Of a stretch of 64,000 nucleotides of DNA, positions 21,457 through 31,146 are shown in pieces. A model generated the notes under the pieces. That model ran no database searches. It had not been told where the DNA came from and saw nothing but the letters and a program-made list of their open reading frames with translations. This stretch comes from Dehalococcoidia bacterium. Its GTDB lineage: Bacteria; Chloroflexota; Dehalococcoidia; Lucifugimonadales; Australimonadaceae. The translations under genes and the position numbers were made by a program. The stretch lies in assembly GCA_022449765.1 (NCBI GenBank), contig JAKUPZ010000003.1, positions 10,675 to 74,674 on the forward strand. The letters run 5' to 3'. Positions within the stretch are counted from its first letter, which is position 1, and each line of letters starts with the position of its first letter.

Positions 21457-22486
21457 CCTTATCAAGCCTCTGAGTGAACTCTGCAAGTTCAGCAACTTTA
21501 TTCATAGCTTCTCCAGAGTTGACAACATCTCGTGAAAGCTCTACCCCTGATTTTAGGCTTTCAACTTTCCCAGAAGTAAACAAGGCAGCTGCCGAGTTTA
21601 GGAGAACTATGTCTCGCTCCGGAGAGTCACTAGATGAGAGTGACACGTCAAATTTTTCAACCCCATCCTCAGTAGTCTCAATTTGTAATTGTGCAAGATC
21701 AGCCAATTGAAGACCTAATTCTGTGGGATCAATCCTAAAATGCCTCACGTTTCCTTGCTTTACCTCCCATACCTGAGAAAAACCGGTAGTAGTGAGCTCA
21801 TCCAAACCATCATCTCCTCTTACTACCCAAGTAGACTTGGTACCTAGGTCCGCTAAAACGTTGGCAAGAGCTTCGGCAACGTCATAGCTAGCATCCTTAG
21901 GCTGGGCAACACCCAATACTTGATATTGTGCCCCTGCGGGGTTAGTTAATGGGCCAAGAAAATTAAAAATAGTCCTAATACCAAGTTCACGACGAGGCGG
22001 CCCAGCGAAACGCATAGCTGGATGAAAGGTTGGAGCAAACATGAACCCGATGCCAATCTCGTCAATACATCTAGCAACTGCACCAGGCGATAATTCCAGT
22101 TTTGTTCCTTTGCTTTCTAAAATGTCTGCTGCCCCCATTCTTCCCGAGGCAGCCCTATTTCCATGCTTAGCTACTTTGATACCTGCCGCAGCGGTAACAA
22201 AAGCAGAAGCAGTCGAAATGTTAAAAGTGTTTAATCCATCACCACCGGTGCCTACAATATCTATTACTTCGCCGACAATATTCACTTTTAAAGATTTTTC
22301 ACGCATTACTTTAGTCATGCCCAAAATTTCTTGAACCGATTCGCCTTTAAGCCGCAGCGCGACCAAAAATCCTGCAATTTGAGTTGGCGTCGCTTCTCCA
22401 GACATAATGGCTTCAGCGGCATCTGAAGCCTCTTTTTCAGTAAGTGCCTTTCCTTGAATTAGTAAATTAATTGCATCCTTAATCAT
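21449..22486 (-). CDS. trpD: anthranilate phosphoribosyltransferase
   Basis: Motifs DIVGTGGDGLNTFNIST and KHGNRA. Confidence 0.93.
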   Translation of the reverse strand: MIKDAINLLIQGKALTEKEASDAAEAIMSGEATPTQIAGFLVALRLKGESVQEILGMTKVMREKSLKVNIVGEVIDIVGTGGDGLNTFNISTASAFVTAAAGIKVAKHGNRAASGRMGAADILESKGTKLELSPGAVARCIDEIGIGFMFAPTFHPAMRFAGPPRRELGIRTIFNFLGPLTNPAGAQYQVLGVAQPKDASYDVAEALANVLADLGTKSTWVVRGDDGLDELTTTGFSQVWEVKQGNVRHFRIDPTELGLQLADLAQLQIETTEDGVEKFDVSLSSSDSPERDIVLLNSAAALFTSGKVESLKSGVELSRDVVNSGEAMNKVAELAEFTQRLDKDG

Positions 22487-23027
22487 CTAGGCTAACCACC
22501 TCAAGATATTCCAAAATAGGTAAATTACCTATTTCGTTAGTCCAAACATCAGGGTCTTGGCTAGATACAGATATTCCAGACGCACCCTTAACAGTAATCG
22601 TAGTACTGCTGCCGCTTTTCCCTTGGACCAAAAATTCCATGATTTCTCGTTTTTTACGAACCGGAATATTTAATCGATTTAACCCCAATCCCCCCAAAAC
22701 TACTACCGCTAAAAGTGGAGTGGAAATGATGCCCCTTTCTGCCCATATATCCTCGGCTAGCATCACAAACAAACCGAACGTAGAAACGATAGCGGCAAAA
22801 AGCATGATTTTGCCATTTCTTCTTTTGATCGATGTTATATCTATTTCACGGGTTGCAATAAAACGGCTTTCAAAATCCGATGCTTCCAAATCAGCAGGCA
22901 ATGAGTCGATTAATTCATATTTTTTATCATTTAGGCGTTCGACCAAATGATTGAAAACTTTAACTGCAGGAGCTTTAAGCACCTTTGATTCAACCCAGGG
23001 GTATTCCTTTGGATATTGATTAGCCAT
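22479..23027 (-). CDS. hypothetical two-TM membrane protein embedded in the trp operon
   Basis: Start set to ATG 23027 (MANQYPKEYPW), overlapping the trpG stop (ATGGCTAA). Its stop overlaps the trpD ATG (ATGATTAA). Two hydrophobic helices sit mid-protein. No family recognised. Confidence 0.6.
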   Translation of the reverse strand: MANQYPKEYPWVESKVLKAPAVKVFNHLVERLNDKKYELIDSLPADLEASDFESRFIATREIDITSIKRRNGKIMLFAAIVSTFGLFVMLAEDIWAERGIISTPLLAVVVLGGLGLNRLNIPVRKKREIMEFLVQGKSGSSTTITVKGASGISVSSQDPDVWTNEIGNLPILEYLEVVSLDD

Positions 23028-23595
23028 CAACGTTAATTTCAAGAAAGTTCTGCAATAATTTCTTCCCGTACTCGGTAATGATTGATTCCGGATGAAATTG
23101 AATACCTTCAACCTTTAATTGATTATGGCGGATCCCCATTATCACACCTGATTCAGAGGTCGCAGTGACAGACAAAACAGAAGGAAGCGTGTCTTTTTGA
23201 ACAGCAAGCGAATGATAGCGTATCGCTTTAAATTCATTCGGTATCCCTGCAAAAACCCCTTTCCCATCATGGGATATTTTACTGGTTTTTCCGTGGATTA
23301 TTTCACCTGCATTACTAATTTTGGCGCCATATGCACTTGCGATGCACTGGTGGCCCAAACAAACACCCAAAATTGGTACATATTGACCAATTTGAGTAAT
23401 TAATTCTGTTGAGATCCCCGCTTCACTCGGAGTACAGGGGCCCGGTGATATTACTATTTTTTCAGGCGAAAGGGACTTAATGTCTTTTACCATTAAATCG
23501 TCATTCCGAATCACCCGAATATCTGAACCAAGTTCGCCAAAAAATTGGTATAAATTATAGGTGAAGCTATCATAATTATCGATTATCAGTAGCAC
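23020..23595 (-). CDS. trpG: anthranilate synthase component II (glutamine amidotransferase)
   Basis: Class-I GATase motifs GVCLGHQ (catalytic Cys) and IQFHPES. GTG start at 23595. Confidence 0.93.
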   Translation of the reverse strand: MLLIIDNYDSFTYNLYQFFGELGSDIRVIRNDDLMVKDIKSLSPEKIVISPGPCTPSEAGISTELITQIGQYVPILGVCLGHQCIASAYGAKISNAGEIIHGKTSKISHDGKGVFAGIPNEFKAIRYHSLAVQKDTLPSVLSVTATSESGVIMGIRHNQLKVEGIQFHPESIITEYGKKLLQNFLEINVDG

Positions 23596-23609
23596 GATTT
23601 AATAACCCT

Positions 23610-25088
23610 TCACAAAGACTCTTGCTCTGCTAATGCAATTACTCGAAGAAGTGCATTCATTTTATGAAATGACTCTTGCCTTTCAAATTCTGGGTCCGAA
23701 TCAAAGACTACTCCGCCACCAGCTTGAACATACGCAATACCATTATTTATTACCATTGTTCTAATAGCTATGGCCGTATCCATATTGCCCGAATAACTAA
23801 AATACCCAACAGCTCCGGCGTAAAGACCCCGGTTCTCACCTTCAAGTTCTGAAATTATTTGCATCGCTCTAATTTTAGGCGCTCCAGAAACTGTTCCTGC
23901 CGGAAAGCATGCGCGAAGAGCGTCAAAACAGGACATCTCTTCCTTAAGCTGTCCCGTCACATGCGATACTAAATGCATGACATGTGAGTATTTTTCAACC
24001 TCTAACATCTGCGTTACCTGAACGGTACCTGGCTTACTGACGCGACCGATATCATTTCGGCCCAGATCTAAAAGCATTACATGTTCAGCTATTTCTTTTC
24101 CGTCCTGAAGAAGCTCTTGCTCTAACGCATTATCCTCTTCATTATCCTTCCCGCGACGTCTGGTCCCCGCAATTGGATGCGTCTCTACCATCCCATTCTC
24201 GGAGCGTACAAGCATTTCAGGAGAGGCTCCTACTATTGAATAATCCTCTATTTGTAAAAAATACATATAGGGGGAAGGATTTATTGCTCGCAAGGAACGA
24301 TAGAAATTAAAAGGGGCTGACTTAACTTTTATTGCAAGCCTTTGGGAAGGCACTACTTGTATTATATCGCCCGCAACTATGTATTCTTTAGCGCGATCAA
24401 CCATCTCATGGTACTCGGCTTTTGTCTTATTGGACTGAAGATGAAAATCCATTGCATCCGGATTAGACATTTGGCCTGGGAAAATATGATTCTCATCCGA
24501 AGGCAAAGGACTATTCAACCTCTCAATTAGTTCGTCGATTCGATCTATTGCGGATTCATAGGCTTTACTAGGATTATCTTGAATTCTTGCGATGGCAATA
24601 ACTTTTATTTTATGCGTGACATGATCAAAAATTAGCAAAGAATCCGTAAAAAAGAATACTGATTCAGGGATAGAATATGCTCCGGAGCTAAATGTATCTA
24701 CTGTGGGCTCAAAATGACGAATTGTCTCATACGATAAAAATCCCACTGCTCCGCCTACAAATGGAGGTAAACCCTCTATCTCTGCAATTTTATGGCGGCT
24801 TAATTCTGTTTCTATTTCGCAAAGAGGATCAACGTTTTGAGAATCCATATCCGTCTTGAGAATCTTGTAAGGGTTTGTCCCCATGAAGCTATAGCGCGCA
24901 AGCCGCTCGCCTCCTTCCGCGCTTTCTAAGAGGAAGGAATTTTGGCGGTTGGAACCTTGCGTTATTTTTAAATATGCGGAAACCGGCGTTTCAAGATCAG
25001 CTAAGACTTCTTTGTATACCGGTATAAGGGTATAACCTTCTAAGCCTAGCTTTAAAAATTCGTCAATTGAAATAGAATATTGCGTCAT
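23610..25088 (-). CDS. trpE: anthranilate synthase component I
   Basis: 492 aa; chorismate-binding C-terminal region with RGLYAGAVGYF and IRTMV...AYVQAGGGVV. Confidence 0.93.
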   Translation of the reverse strand: MTQYSISIDEFLKLGLEGYTLIPVYKEVLADLETPVSAYLKITQGSNRQNSFLLESAEGGERLARYSFMGTNPYKILKTDMDSQNVDPLCEIETELSRHKIAEIEGLPPFVGGAVGFLSYETIRHFEPTVDTFSSGAYSIPESVFFFTDSLLIFDHVTHKIKVIAIARIQDNPSKAYESAIDRIDELIERLNSPLPSDENHIFPGQMSNPDAMDFHLQSNKTKAEYHEMVDRAKEYIVAGDIIQVVPSQRLAIKVKSAPFNFYRSLRAINPSPYMYFLQIEDYSIVGASPEMLVRSENGMVETHPIAGTRRRGKDNEEDNALEQELLQDGKEIAEHVMLLDLGRNDIGRVSKPGTVQVTQMLEVEKYSHVMHLVSHVTGQLKEEMSCFDALRACFPAGTVSGAPKIRAMQIISELEGENRGLYAGAVGYFSYSGNMDTAIAIRTMVINNGIAYVQAGGGVVFDSDPEFERQESFHKMNALLRVIALAEQESL

Positions 25089-25122
25089 ACTTAGTCCAGG
25101 GATACTACTAGCAAGTCTAATT

Positions 25123-28100
25123 CTAACCTATTGCGCGAGGAGTACTCGCTTTTAGAAGAGCGTCTCTCTTTGCTCGTTGCTGCTCCCTAGGAAGAGGAGG
25201 AGCAACATGCGGAAGTGGCGAAATTTTACGGAATTTTGGTAAGTAGATTGACCAGTTAGCTAAAATTTCATCTGCTCTTTGGCTATGTGTAAGTTCAGCA
25301 TGTCGCGAAACAAGGGCATACAACAAGTCTTCATCATCGGCGTCAGAAATGGTTGTGGCACCAACCATTTCAGGATTTATGTTGTGCTGTAACTCTTCAT
25401 CCAAATCCAAAACATACACGATGCCGCCAGACATCCCTGCACCAAGGTTCCTGCCAGTAGAGCCTAGAATCACTACCACTCCGCCCGTCATATATTCACA
25501 AGCGTGATCCCCTGCGCCCTCGACTACACTCCAAGCACCCGAGTTCCGTACTGCAAAGCGTTCTCCCGCAATACCTGCGGCAAACATTCTCCCGCCTGTA
25601 GCTCCATATAAAACCGTATTCCCCAGGATCACATTGTCATGAGCGTGGAATTTTGCTTTTGAAGAAGGCCTTATAACCAATTCACCCCCATGCATACCTT
25701 TACCAACATAGTCATTTGCCTCTCCTTCTAAAAGCAGATGCATGCCGTTGATCAAAAAGGCACCAAAACTTTGGCCAGCAGAACCTGTGAGCCTCATTTC
25801 TATACTATTTTCAGGCAATCCTTCATCGCCATGTATTCTTGCTATCTCGCCTGAGATTCTAGCTCCCACAGTTCGATGTACGTTGCGTATTTCATGCTCG
25901 ATTTTCACGGGTTCTTGCAATGTAATTGCAGACTTTACAAGCGGCATTAATTTGTCATCAAGAATTTCATCACTCTCGTCATCATTGCGCTCAATTATTT
26001 TAGTCCTTGGCTTGCTTCCGGAAGGGTCAGGAACCGCGAGTAATTTAGACAAATCAACCAAATTTGCTTTTTCATTACCCGGAATATGCTTTTGGGAAAG
26101 CAAGTCAGAGCGCCCTATCATCTCTTCTACCGTACGAAACCCAAGCTGAGCCATCAATTCTCGCAACTCTTCAGCTACGTAAAAGAGATAGCGAATAAGC
26201 ATCTCTGAACTACCCCAGAACTTTTTACGCAAGTCCTCATCTTGGGTCGCGACCCCAACAGGGCAAGTATTCAAATGGCACTGCCGTGCAACTTGACAAC
26301 CAACCGCAACCATAGCCTGAGTGCCAAATCCAAATTCTTCGGCACCAAGAAGCGCAGCGACCGCAACATCTCTACCACGCCTGAACCCGCCATCTGTTCT
26401 TAATGTAACGCGACCACGGAGATCGTTCATAACCAAAACTTGGTTAGCTTCTGCCAAACCTAATTCCCATGGAGAGCCTGTATATTTTATTGAAATCCAA
26501 GGTGACGCACCTGTTCCGCCATCGGCGCCTGAGATCAATACGTAATCTGCGTACCCTTTTGCCACTCCTGCAGCAACTGTACCAACGCCGGCTTCAGCAA
26601 CAAGTTTTACAGCTACAGTAGCTCTTGGATTAACTATCTTAAGATCGTAAATTAGCTGTTTAAGGTCTTCTATCGAATAGATATCGTGATGGGGTGGGGG
26701 TGATATAAGAGGAACACCCGGCTGCGTCTGCCGTGCACGTGCAATAATTTCTGTAACCTTATGTCCAGGGAGCTGCCCACCTTCACCTGGCTTAGATCCT
26801 TGAGCCATTTTAATTTCTAAAACCTCAGCCATTGCCAAATATTCAGGAGTGACGCCAAAACGACCTGAGGCTATTTGTTTCATTTTGCTTCCGGTTTGTT
26901 CTCCGTTTCGAAGCTCTCTAAATCTTCTGGGATCTTCTCCCCCTTCTCCACTCCCACTTTTACTACCAATGCGATTAAATGCAACCGCAATGGCTTCGTG
27001 CGCCTCTATGCTAAGCGCCCCGAAGGACATTGAGCCCCCATTAAATCTTTTGACGATTTCTTTCGCCGGTTCAACTTCCTCCAGAGGGACAGGTGTTCCT
27101 TGAGGTTTAATTTCTAGTAAGTCCCGTAACGCAATGGGATCGGTATTGCCGATTTGTTCAAGGTAGTTATTGTAGCCATCACGGCCGGTCCCATTTTCTT
27201 CGAGCGACTTGTGCAAAGTTCTGACACTTATTGGGGAAAAAGCATGAGGCTCGCCATTTCTTCGGTATCGGTAAAACCCAAAGTCATCAAGTTTTAATTG
27301 ATCCTCAGCAGCAAATCCTGACTGATGAAGCGCTATAGTCTCCCGAGCAATTTCATCAAACCCGATCCCTGCAACTGGGGAAGTGGTACCAGAGAAACAG
27401 TAATCCACTACCTCTTGATCTAATCCAATTGCTTCAAAAATCTGAGCCCCGTGGTATCCCGTAACAGTAGAAATTCCCATTTTCGACATTATTTTTAGAA
27501 GCTGCTTATTGATTGTTTTTATGTATGTCGCAAGAGCTCTATCTTCTCCCAATTCTTGATCATGCCCTTGTTCTATTAACTCTTTAATAGTGTCAAATGC
27601 CATATAGGGATTGATTGCACTAACTCCATAACCTATCAGCAGTGCAAACTGATGCATTTCTCTTGCATCTGCAACTTCAGCAATCAAAGATGCCTGCAAT
27701 CGTTTTCTAACTTTGATGAGGTGATGATGTACTGCACCAGCAGCAACAAGCATAGGAATAGCAGCGAAATCCTTATTGACCCCTCTGTCACTTAAAATTA
27801 TTAGCTCTTTACCTTGATCTATCGCAGTTTCAGCGCCTTGGCATATTTGTTCAATCGCATTCTTAAAACCATCCGAACCTTTACCTACGGAGAATAGGGT
27901 AGGTATTGTGGCTGTGCTCAGTGAGTTCCTATCTGTCTTGATTGCACTCAATTCCTCGTTCGTGAGAATTGGCGAGCTCAATCGTATAAGTGCTGCATGA
28001 TCTTCCGTATCCGATAATAAGGATTTGCGAGCTCCTAAATATGTAAATAGAGACATAACTAAATGTTCTCGGTACGAATCAATAGGAGGATTCGTAACTT

Positions 28101-29646
28101 GAGCAAACCGCTGGCGGAAATAGCTGTATATTAACCTTGGCTTGGTTGCCAAAACGGACAAGGGCGTATCATCGCCGAGGGAACCCACCGGCTCAACTCC
28201 CTCAAGGTATAGAGGCCGCAGTATTAAATGTGCCTCTTCTGTCGTATAAGCAAAGCTCTTTTGAATAGCCTGTAGGTCTGCTCCCGTAAAGGTTTTTTCC
28301 TGTTTTTTAGTTTTTAAGCCATCTATTGAAATCATTTTATTCTGAATCCAATTACCGAACGGCTGTGCAGCAGCAAGCGAAGCCTTTATTTCGTCATTCT
28401 TAAGAAGCTTCCTATTAACCGTATCAACTGCAATCATTTGGCCTGGGCCCAACCGTCCTTTTTCAACGACTTTGGCATCATCTATAGCCGTTGCCCCTAC
28501 TTCGGAAGACATCACAAAATTGTTATCTTCATCAATCTTGTACCGTGCAGGCCTTAACCCATTCCGGTCTAATACGGCTGCAGCAGTAATCCCATCCGTA
28601 AATGAAACTGCTGCAGGACCATCCCAAGGCTCTGTAAGACATGCACCATACTCATAGAAAGCACGGAGAGCGGGATCCATATTAGGCATATTTTCCCATG
28701 CTTCAGGGATTAAAACCGCCATCGAATGCAAGAGTCCTCTACCTGAAAGCGCTAAGAGTTCTAATGCATTATCTAAGCTTGCTGAATCACTGAAAGCTTC
28801 TTGAATAACCGGGAAGATTTCCGCAGCTTCGTTACCCCATATAGACTCTTCAAATTCACGCGCACGCATCCACCCACGGTTACCGTCAAGCGTATTAATT
28901 TCACCATTATGAGCTAGCATTCTGAACGGTTGTGATAATTCCCAATTGGGAAATGTATTCGTGCTATACCGCTGGTGGAGCAAGGCAATTGCCGTTCGAA
29001 AGTTCTTGTCAGCAAGGTCGAGGTAAAACTCTTCTAGCTGAGGCGCTACTAATAGTCCTTTATATACAATAGTGCGGCAAGATAGCGATGCAATATAACA
29101 CTCGATTTGATTTGCAAGAAACGCTCGTTCTGCAATTTTCCTTGCCACAAAAAGCTTGCGCTCAAACCAAATAGGATCGTGAGAATGGGGAGAAGACACT
29201 AAAATATGCTCAATTTGAGGCAAAGTAGCCAATGCTTGCTCGCCGAGAATAGATTCATCTACTGGAACTGGTCTCCATCCAATAATATTTAAGCCCCTAC
29301 CGGATATAGCTTCCTCTACTATTTTGCGAGCTCTAGGTTGATCACTCTGAGGAAGGAAAATAACACCTACGCCCAGATCTCCATCATTCTTTATATCGGC
29401 TTCAAATTTTTTAGCAGCCGGTATAAAAATCTCTGAAGGAATCTGGGTAAGAACTCCTGCCCCATCCCCTGTCTTTGCATCAGAAGAAACTGCCCCTCGG
29501 TGAGTTACATTAACAACCGTCTCCAATGCTTTATCCAAAACATCACGGCTCCTTTCACCTGAGATGTTGGCAACAACACCGACCCCACAAGCATCGTGCT
29601 CGTACTTGGGTGAATATAATGTCCCTTTTGATTTTGGATAGTTCAA
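25123..29646 (-). CDS. gltB: glutamate synthase large chain (GOGAT alpha / ferredoxin-type candidate)
   Basis: 1507 aa. N-terminal Ntn Cys (HDACGVG), central FMN/Fe-S domain and C-terminal GXGXG beta-helix domain. Listed start is TTG 29646 with GGAG 9 nt upstream. Confidence 0.93.
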   Translation of the reverse strand: MNYPKSKGTLYSPKYEHDACGVGVVANISGERSRDVLDKALETVVNVTHRGAVSSDAKTGDGAGVLTQIPSEIFIPAAKKFEADIKNDGDLGVGVIFLPQSDQPRARKIVEEAISGRGLNIIGWRPVPVDESILGEQALATLPQIEHILVSSPHSHDPIWFERKLFVARKIAERAFLANQIECYIASLSCRTIVYKGLLVAPQLEEFYLDLADKNFRTAIALLHQRYSTNTFPNWELSQPFRMLAHNGEINTLDGNRGWMRAREFEESIWGNEAAEIFPVIQEAFSDSASLDNALELLALSGRGLLHSMAVLIPEAWENMPNMDPALRAFYEYGACLTEPWDGPAAVSFTDGITAAAVLDRNGLRPARYKIDEDNNFVMSSEVGATAIDDAKVVEKGRLGPGQMIAVDTVNRKLLKNDEIKASLAAAQPFGNWIQNKMISIDGLKTKKQEKTFTGADLQAIQKSFAYTTEEAHLILRPLYLEGVEPVGSLGDDTPLSVLATKPRLIYSYFRQRFAQVTNPPIDSYREHLVMSLFTYLGARKSLLSDTEDHAALIRLSSPILTNEELSAIKTDRNSLSTATIPTLFSVGKGSDGFKNAIEQICQGAETAIDQGKELIILSDRGVNKDFAAIPMLVAAGAVHHHLIKVRKRLQASLIAEVADAREMHQFALLIGYGVSAINPYMAFDTIKELIEQGHDQELGEDRALATYIKTINKQLLKIMSKMGISTVTGYHGAQIFEAIGLDQEVVDYCFSGTTSPVAGIGFDEIARETIALHQSGFAAEDQLKLDDFGFYRYRRNGEPHAFSPISVRTLHKSLEENGTGRDGYNNYLEQIGNTDPIALRDLLEIKPQGTPVPLEEVEPAKEIVKRFNGGSMSFGALSIEAHEAIAVAFNRIGSKSGSGEGGEDPRRFRELRNGEQTGSKMKQIASGRFGVTPEYLAMAEVLEIKMAQGSKPGEGGQLPGHKVTEIIARARQTQPGVPLISPPPHHDIYSIEDLKQLIYDLKIVNPRATVAVKLVAEAGVGTVAAGVAKGYADYVLISGADGGTGASPWISIKYTGSPWELGLAEANQVLVMNDLRGRVTLRTDGGFRRGRDVAVAALLGAEEFGFGTQAMVAVGCQVARQCHLNTCPVGVATQDEDLRKKFWGSSEMLIRYLFYVAEELRELMAQLGFRTVEEMIGRSDLLSQKHIPGNEKANLVDLSKLLAVPDPSGSKPRTKIIERNDDESDEILDDKLMPLVKSAITLQEPVKIEHEIRNVHRTVGARISGEIARIHGDEGLPENSIEMRLTGSAGQSFGAFLINGMHLLLEGEANDYVGKGMHGGELVIRPSSKAKFHAHDNVILGNTVLYGATGGRMFAAGIAGERFAVRNSGAWSVVEGAGDHACEYMTGGVVVILGSTGRNLGAGMSGGIVYVLDLDEELQHNINPEMVGATTISDADDEDLLYALVSRHAELTHSQRADEILANWSIYLPKFRKISPLPHVAPPLPREQQRAKRDALLKASTPRAIG

Positions 29647-29674
29647 AAAAATACTCCGAGCTAATCAAGCCTCG

Positions 29675-31021
29675 TTATAAATTCGGCAAATACCTTTTTA
29701 GTTCATAATCAGTAACTGCCGACCGATAACGATCCCACTCAATCCGCTTATTCTGCATAAGAGATTCATACGTATAGTCGCCTAATGCAAGACGTAGCAC
29801 ATCACTAGTTTCTGCTAGTTGCAATGCCTCGTATAAACTTCCTGGAAGATGACGGATCCCTTTATTTTTCCGTTCAGCCTCCGTCATTTCATTAACATCC
29901 ATGTCTGCAGGCTGTACTTCAGGATATTCCTTAATTATACCCTCGAGACCGGCCGTCAGCATTGAAGCAAACGCCAAATAGGGATTGCAAGCCGGATCTG
30001 GCTGGCGAAATTCTATTCGCACCGAACTTTCTTTCCCCGGTCTGTACGCAGGAATTCTAATTAAATCGGACCTATTCACTGGGGCCCATGTAGTAAATGA
30101 CGGTGCTTCAAAGCCAGGAACTAAGCGCTTATACGAATTAACCCATTGATTGCAAACACACGCGATTTCAGGAGCATGCCACAAAAGACCTGCAATAAAT
30201 TTTTGAGCAACTGCGGATAGTTTAAATTCAGCAGAAGAATCAAAAAATATATTTTCTTCTCCTTTTGATAGAGACATGTTTACATGCATTCCATTGCCAT
30301 TTTGGCCTTCAAAGGGTTTGGGCATAAAGGTAGCGTAAACACCACGGCTCATTGCAACTTCTTTGACAACTTGCCTGTACGTCATCACCGTGTCGGCCAT
30401 AGTAAGTGCATCTGTATGACGCAGGTCAATTTCATGCTGGCTATTAGCTACTTCATGATGGCTATACTCTACCGGAATACCCATCTCTTCCAAGGACAAT
30501 ACCGTCTCACGTCGAAGGTCAGATGCGGTATCCAAAGGCGTGGTCAGATCAAAATACCCTCCCACATCAAGAGGCGTCGGATCATCCGCAGACTTCAGAT
30601 AAAAATGCTCTAGCTCAGGACCAACCTGAAATTCGAAGCCCAAGTCTGCAGCACGTCCTAACGCAATCTTCAAAACATGCCTAGGGTCTCCTTCAAATGG
30701 TTCTCCGGTTGGCCGAAGAATATCGCAAAACATTCTTGCAACTGCATTTTGCCTCGGTCTCCAAGGAAGAATAGAAAATGTCGTAGGGTCAGGCATTGCC
30801 ACCATGTCACTTTCATCGCGGCGAGCAAAACCTGCAACAGTAGAACCATCGAAGGACATGCCTTTTTCCATTGCTCCTTCAAGTTCAGCGACCGTTATAG
30901 CAAACCCCTTTAAGTTACCTAAAATATCTGTAAACCAAAGGCGAATAAATTTAACGTCGTTCTCTTGTGCACTCCTGAGAACATACTGTCGTGCTTCTTC
31001 GCTATTATTATCAGCGGCCAT
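29675..31021 (-). CDS. glnA: glutamine synthetase, type I (B. subtilis-like GSI-alpha pattern)
   Basis: Beta-grasp plus catalytic domains. The segment EMTEAERKNKGIRHLPGSLYEAL resembles the non-adenylylated GSI-alpha form. Start moved to ATG 31021 (MAADNNSEE); the listed TTG 31042 lies next to the terminator U-tract. Confidence 0.9.
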   Translation of the reverse strand: MAADNNSEEARQYVLRSAQENDVKFIRLWFTDILGNLKGFAITVAELEGAMEKGMSFDGSTVAGFARRDESDMVAMPDPTTFSILPWRPRQNAVARMFCDILRPTGEPFEGDPRHVLKIALGRAADLGFEFQVGPELEHFYLKSADDPTPLDVGGYFDLTTPLDTASDLRRETVLSLEEMGIPVEYSHHEVANSQHEIDLRHTDALTMADTVMTYRQVVKEVAMSRGVYATFMPKPFEGQNGNGMHVNMSLSKGEENIFFDSSAEFKLSAVAQKFIAGLLWHAPEIACVCNQWVNSYKRLVPGFEAPSFTTWAPVNRSDLIRIPAYRPGKESSVRIEFRQPDPACNPYLAFASMLTAGLEGIIKEYPEVQPADMDVNEMTEAERKNKGIRHLPGSLYEALQLAETSDVLRLALGDYTYESLMQNKRIEWDRYRSAVTDYELKRYLPNL

Positions 31022-31044
31022 CGGCCCCCCGTAACTTCCCAACC

Positions 31045-31072
31045 AAATAAGAAAACCGGGGCGTCGCCCCGG
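31045..31072 (-). terminator. rho-independent terminator downstream of ppdK (inside the glnA leader region)
   Basis: Minus-strand RNA CCGGGGCG-A-CGCCCCGG (31072-31056), a 6-7 bp GC stem, followed immediately by UUUUCUUAUUU (31055-31045). Confidence 0.65.
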
Positions 31073-31082
31073 CGGCTACAAA

Positions 31083-31111
31083 ATCCTAGGAGATTGTGAA
31101 ACTTGTGTCAA
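31083..31111 (-). promoter_or_regulatory. sigma70-like promoter candidate for glnA
   Basis: Minus strand: TTGACA (31111-31106), 17-nt spacer, TAGGAT (31088-31083). Hexamer match only, with no experimental support. Confidence 0.35.
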
Positions 31112-31146
31112 TTATTTTGTGATATTTTTCACGACACTGAAGTTGC

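Noticed and set aside
31022-31146. A glutamine (glnA RNA motif) riboswitch upstream of glnA.
   Set aside because: I could not find the conserved core segments I remember (CGUUCA ... GGAAGUA ... AAGGAACG). Only a fortuitous GGGAAGUUA is present. The hairpin is better explained as a terminator.
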